A stretch of DNA of 64,000 nucleotides from Hypanus sabinus (lineage: Eukaryota): the NCBI RefSeq assembly GCF_030144855.1, contig NC_082728.1:32922001-32986000 (forward strand), given 5' to 3'. The number at the start of each line of letters is the position of its first letter. The first letter of the stretch is position 1. A model generated the notes under the pieces. It worked only from the letters and a program-made list of their open reading frames with translations, was not told where the DNA came from and did not search any database. Of this stretch, positions 62,640-64,000 are shown piece by piece. The position numbers and the translations under genes are program-made.

Positions 62640-63380
62640 TGAAATTGGATAAGCGGCGTGAGAGAGGAGTCCCTTTAAATCACACACCCGGACTGAAAGT
62701 ACACACAGCAGCCGGGATCTTGCCTGAAAAGGAAAGCTCGGCAGAGTAGCGATAAAGAATAGAAAGAAAGCGTCACTTTTCTGTTGCGCTCTCCGTTCCC
62801 CTGAGCGCTGGGTCACCTGGAGAGGGGTCCCAAAAGCTGACGAAAGGGCTGATTTCAGAGAGGGCACCAAACGCCATCAGGTGTATTGCAGCTGCTACGC
62901 GCTTCATTTAAGTTTGTTATGAATTCTGTCCCAAGTCCAACAAGTTAGTCTCGATCCGACACGTTGATAATTCCTTCCCCTCCGAACCGACCCCCGAAGT
63001 TCCTCCAGCAGTTCGCTTGTTGCTTAAGCGCCCAGCATTAACCCTTTCTTGTGCCTGAAACAAGCAGTTTATTTTGTCGAAGCGTTGCCGAGAGAGAAAT
63101 GACCACTAACCGTCAACAAGGAGATGGTGTGTCCCGTAGTCCTGCAGACTTCACGCTGTTAATGCTCGTAGACAATATCCATTCTGACTGATGCCGATGG
63201 GACTTCACATTCCCATTAAAACCGGGGCGGGGGAAGACCGCTTCAACTCTTCTGCACCACTCGCTAAACTAGCGTCCTGGTAGTTTCTCTTTCACTCCAG
63301 AGAATCCGGAACAGTTTGCAATTATAAACTCTTGCAAAGGAAAACAAATCACCCTCGGCGCAATCTAATCCGTCGCTCAG
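62640..63380 (-). promoter_or_regulatory. CpG-rich region, probable promoter and first exon of gene B
   Basis: CpG-dense non-repeat DNA. Donor CAG|gtgacc (exon ends 62817), GC box GGGGCGGGGG at ~63224, ISRE TAGTTTCTCTTTCAC at 63281-63295. Assignment to gene B is inference. Confidence 0.5.
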
Positions 63381-63699
63381 AGACTTGATAATCTATCTTG
63401 TCGAAAGTACAAGTTTTAACAAACCAAGTTATTGAAATAGTATTAAATGAGAATAATTTCAAAGATGCATACCTACATCTAACTTGTTAAATATGAAGTA
63501 ATCTAATCAAACACAAAGTTCTCAGCAGCCTATTAATCACATTGCATTAGGGCTCAGCAATCATTTATTGGGTTGGGGAGCTTGGGTAACCCCCGCTACG
63601 CCAGCTACTTCACACAGTGCGGACCAGCACAGCTCAGCAGTCCTAACGCCTGTAGTTAAACAGGAGAAAGATGTGTCTCTGCTCTCAGAAATAGCGCAA

Positions 63700-64000
63700 T
63701 ATTCCTTTCACATGAACTGCTCAGACAGATGGTATGGCCACATTAATGGGACTTTATTATAGAACACTCAACAGTCCGCGGGATTTCGAGGAAGGAGTTT
63801 GTAGAGAGGTCGCAGACAGTTGCAAATAACAAGGTTGTGATAATAGGTAATTTAAACTTTCCACATATTTAATGGGTACATCAAAGTCCCAACTGTGCGT
63901 TACTACATCACCTATTAGGGAGTGAGCAGTGCAGGTGACAGAAATTTGTGCAGGGAGACACATATTTAGTGTTCATAGTGACATCAGTTTCAAGGTAATT
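63700..64000 (+). mobile_element. CR1 endonuclease-region fragment
   Basis: Degenerate APE remnant (MGLYYR...VAD...gtaatttaaactttcca) similar to 40.0-40.2 kb. Confidence 0.55.

Overview
Repeat-rich vertebrate genomic DNA, probably from a cartilaginous fish (batoid-like). This is inferred from the CR1, Penelope, Tc1 and hAT repeat content, not from a database match. The right half holds two tandem minus-strand paralogues of a B7-family-like type I membrane protein. Gene A lies at about 33-39 kb (leader-V-C-TM). Gene B lies at about 44-63 kb (leader-V-C-C-TM). Both are built from phase-1 exons with canonical GT-AG sites. Both V domains lack the canonical F-strand Cys and C-strand Trp and carry a conserved A-strand Cys instead (C-x15-C). 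Gene B has a tandemly duplicated, Cys-rich C exon that appears gene-converted up to a solo-LTR insertion. CpG-rich regions upstream of both genes carry IRF/ISRE-type motifs. The left half is mostly transposon debris, including a four-level nest (Tc1 > I/Nimb-like LINE > hAT > hAT, plus solo LTRs and CR1), a Charlie-type hAT split by a CR1, and Penelope pseudo-LTRs with minimal hammerhead-ribozyme motifs. The cytoplasmic-tail exons and the exact orthology of the B7-like genes cannot be fixed from sequence alone. Repeat boundaries are approximate unless a TSD or TIR is quoted.
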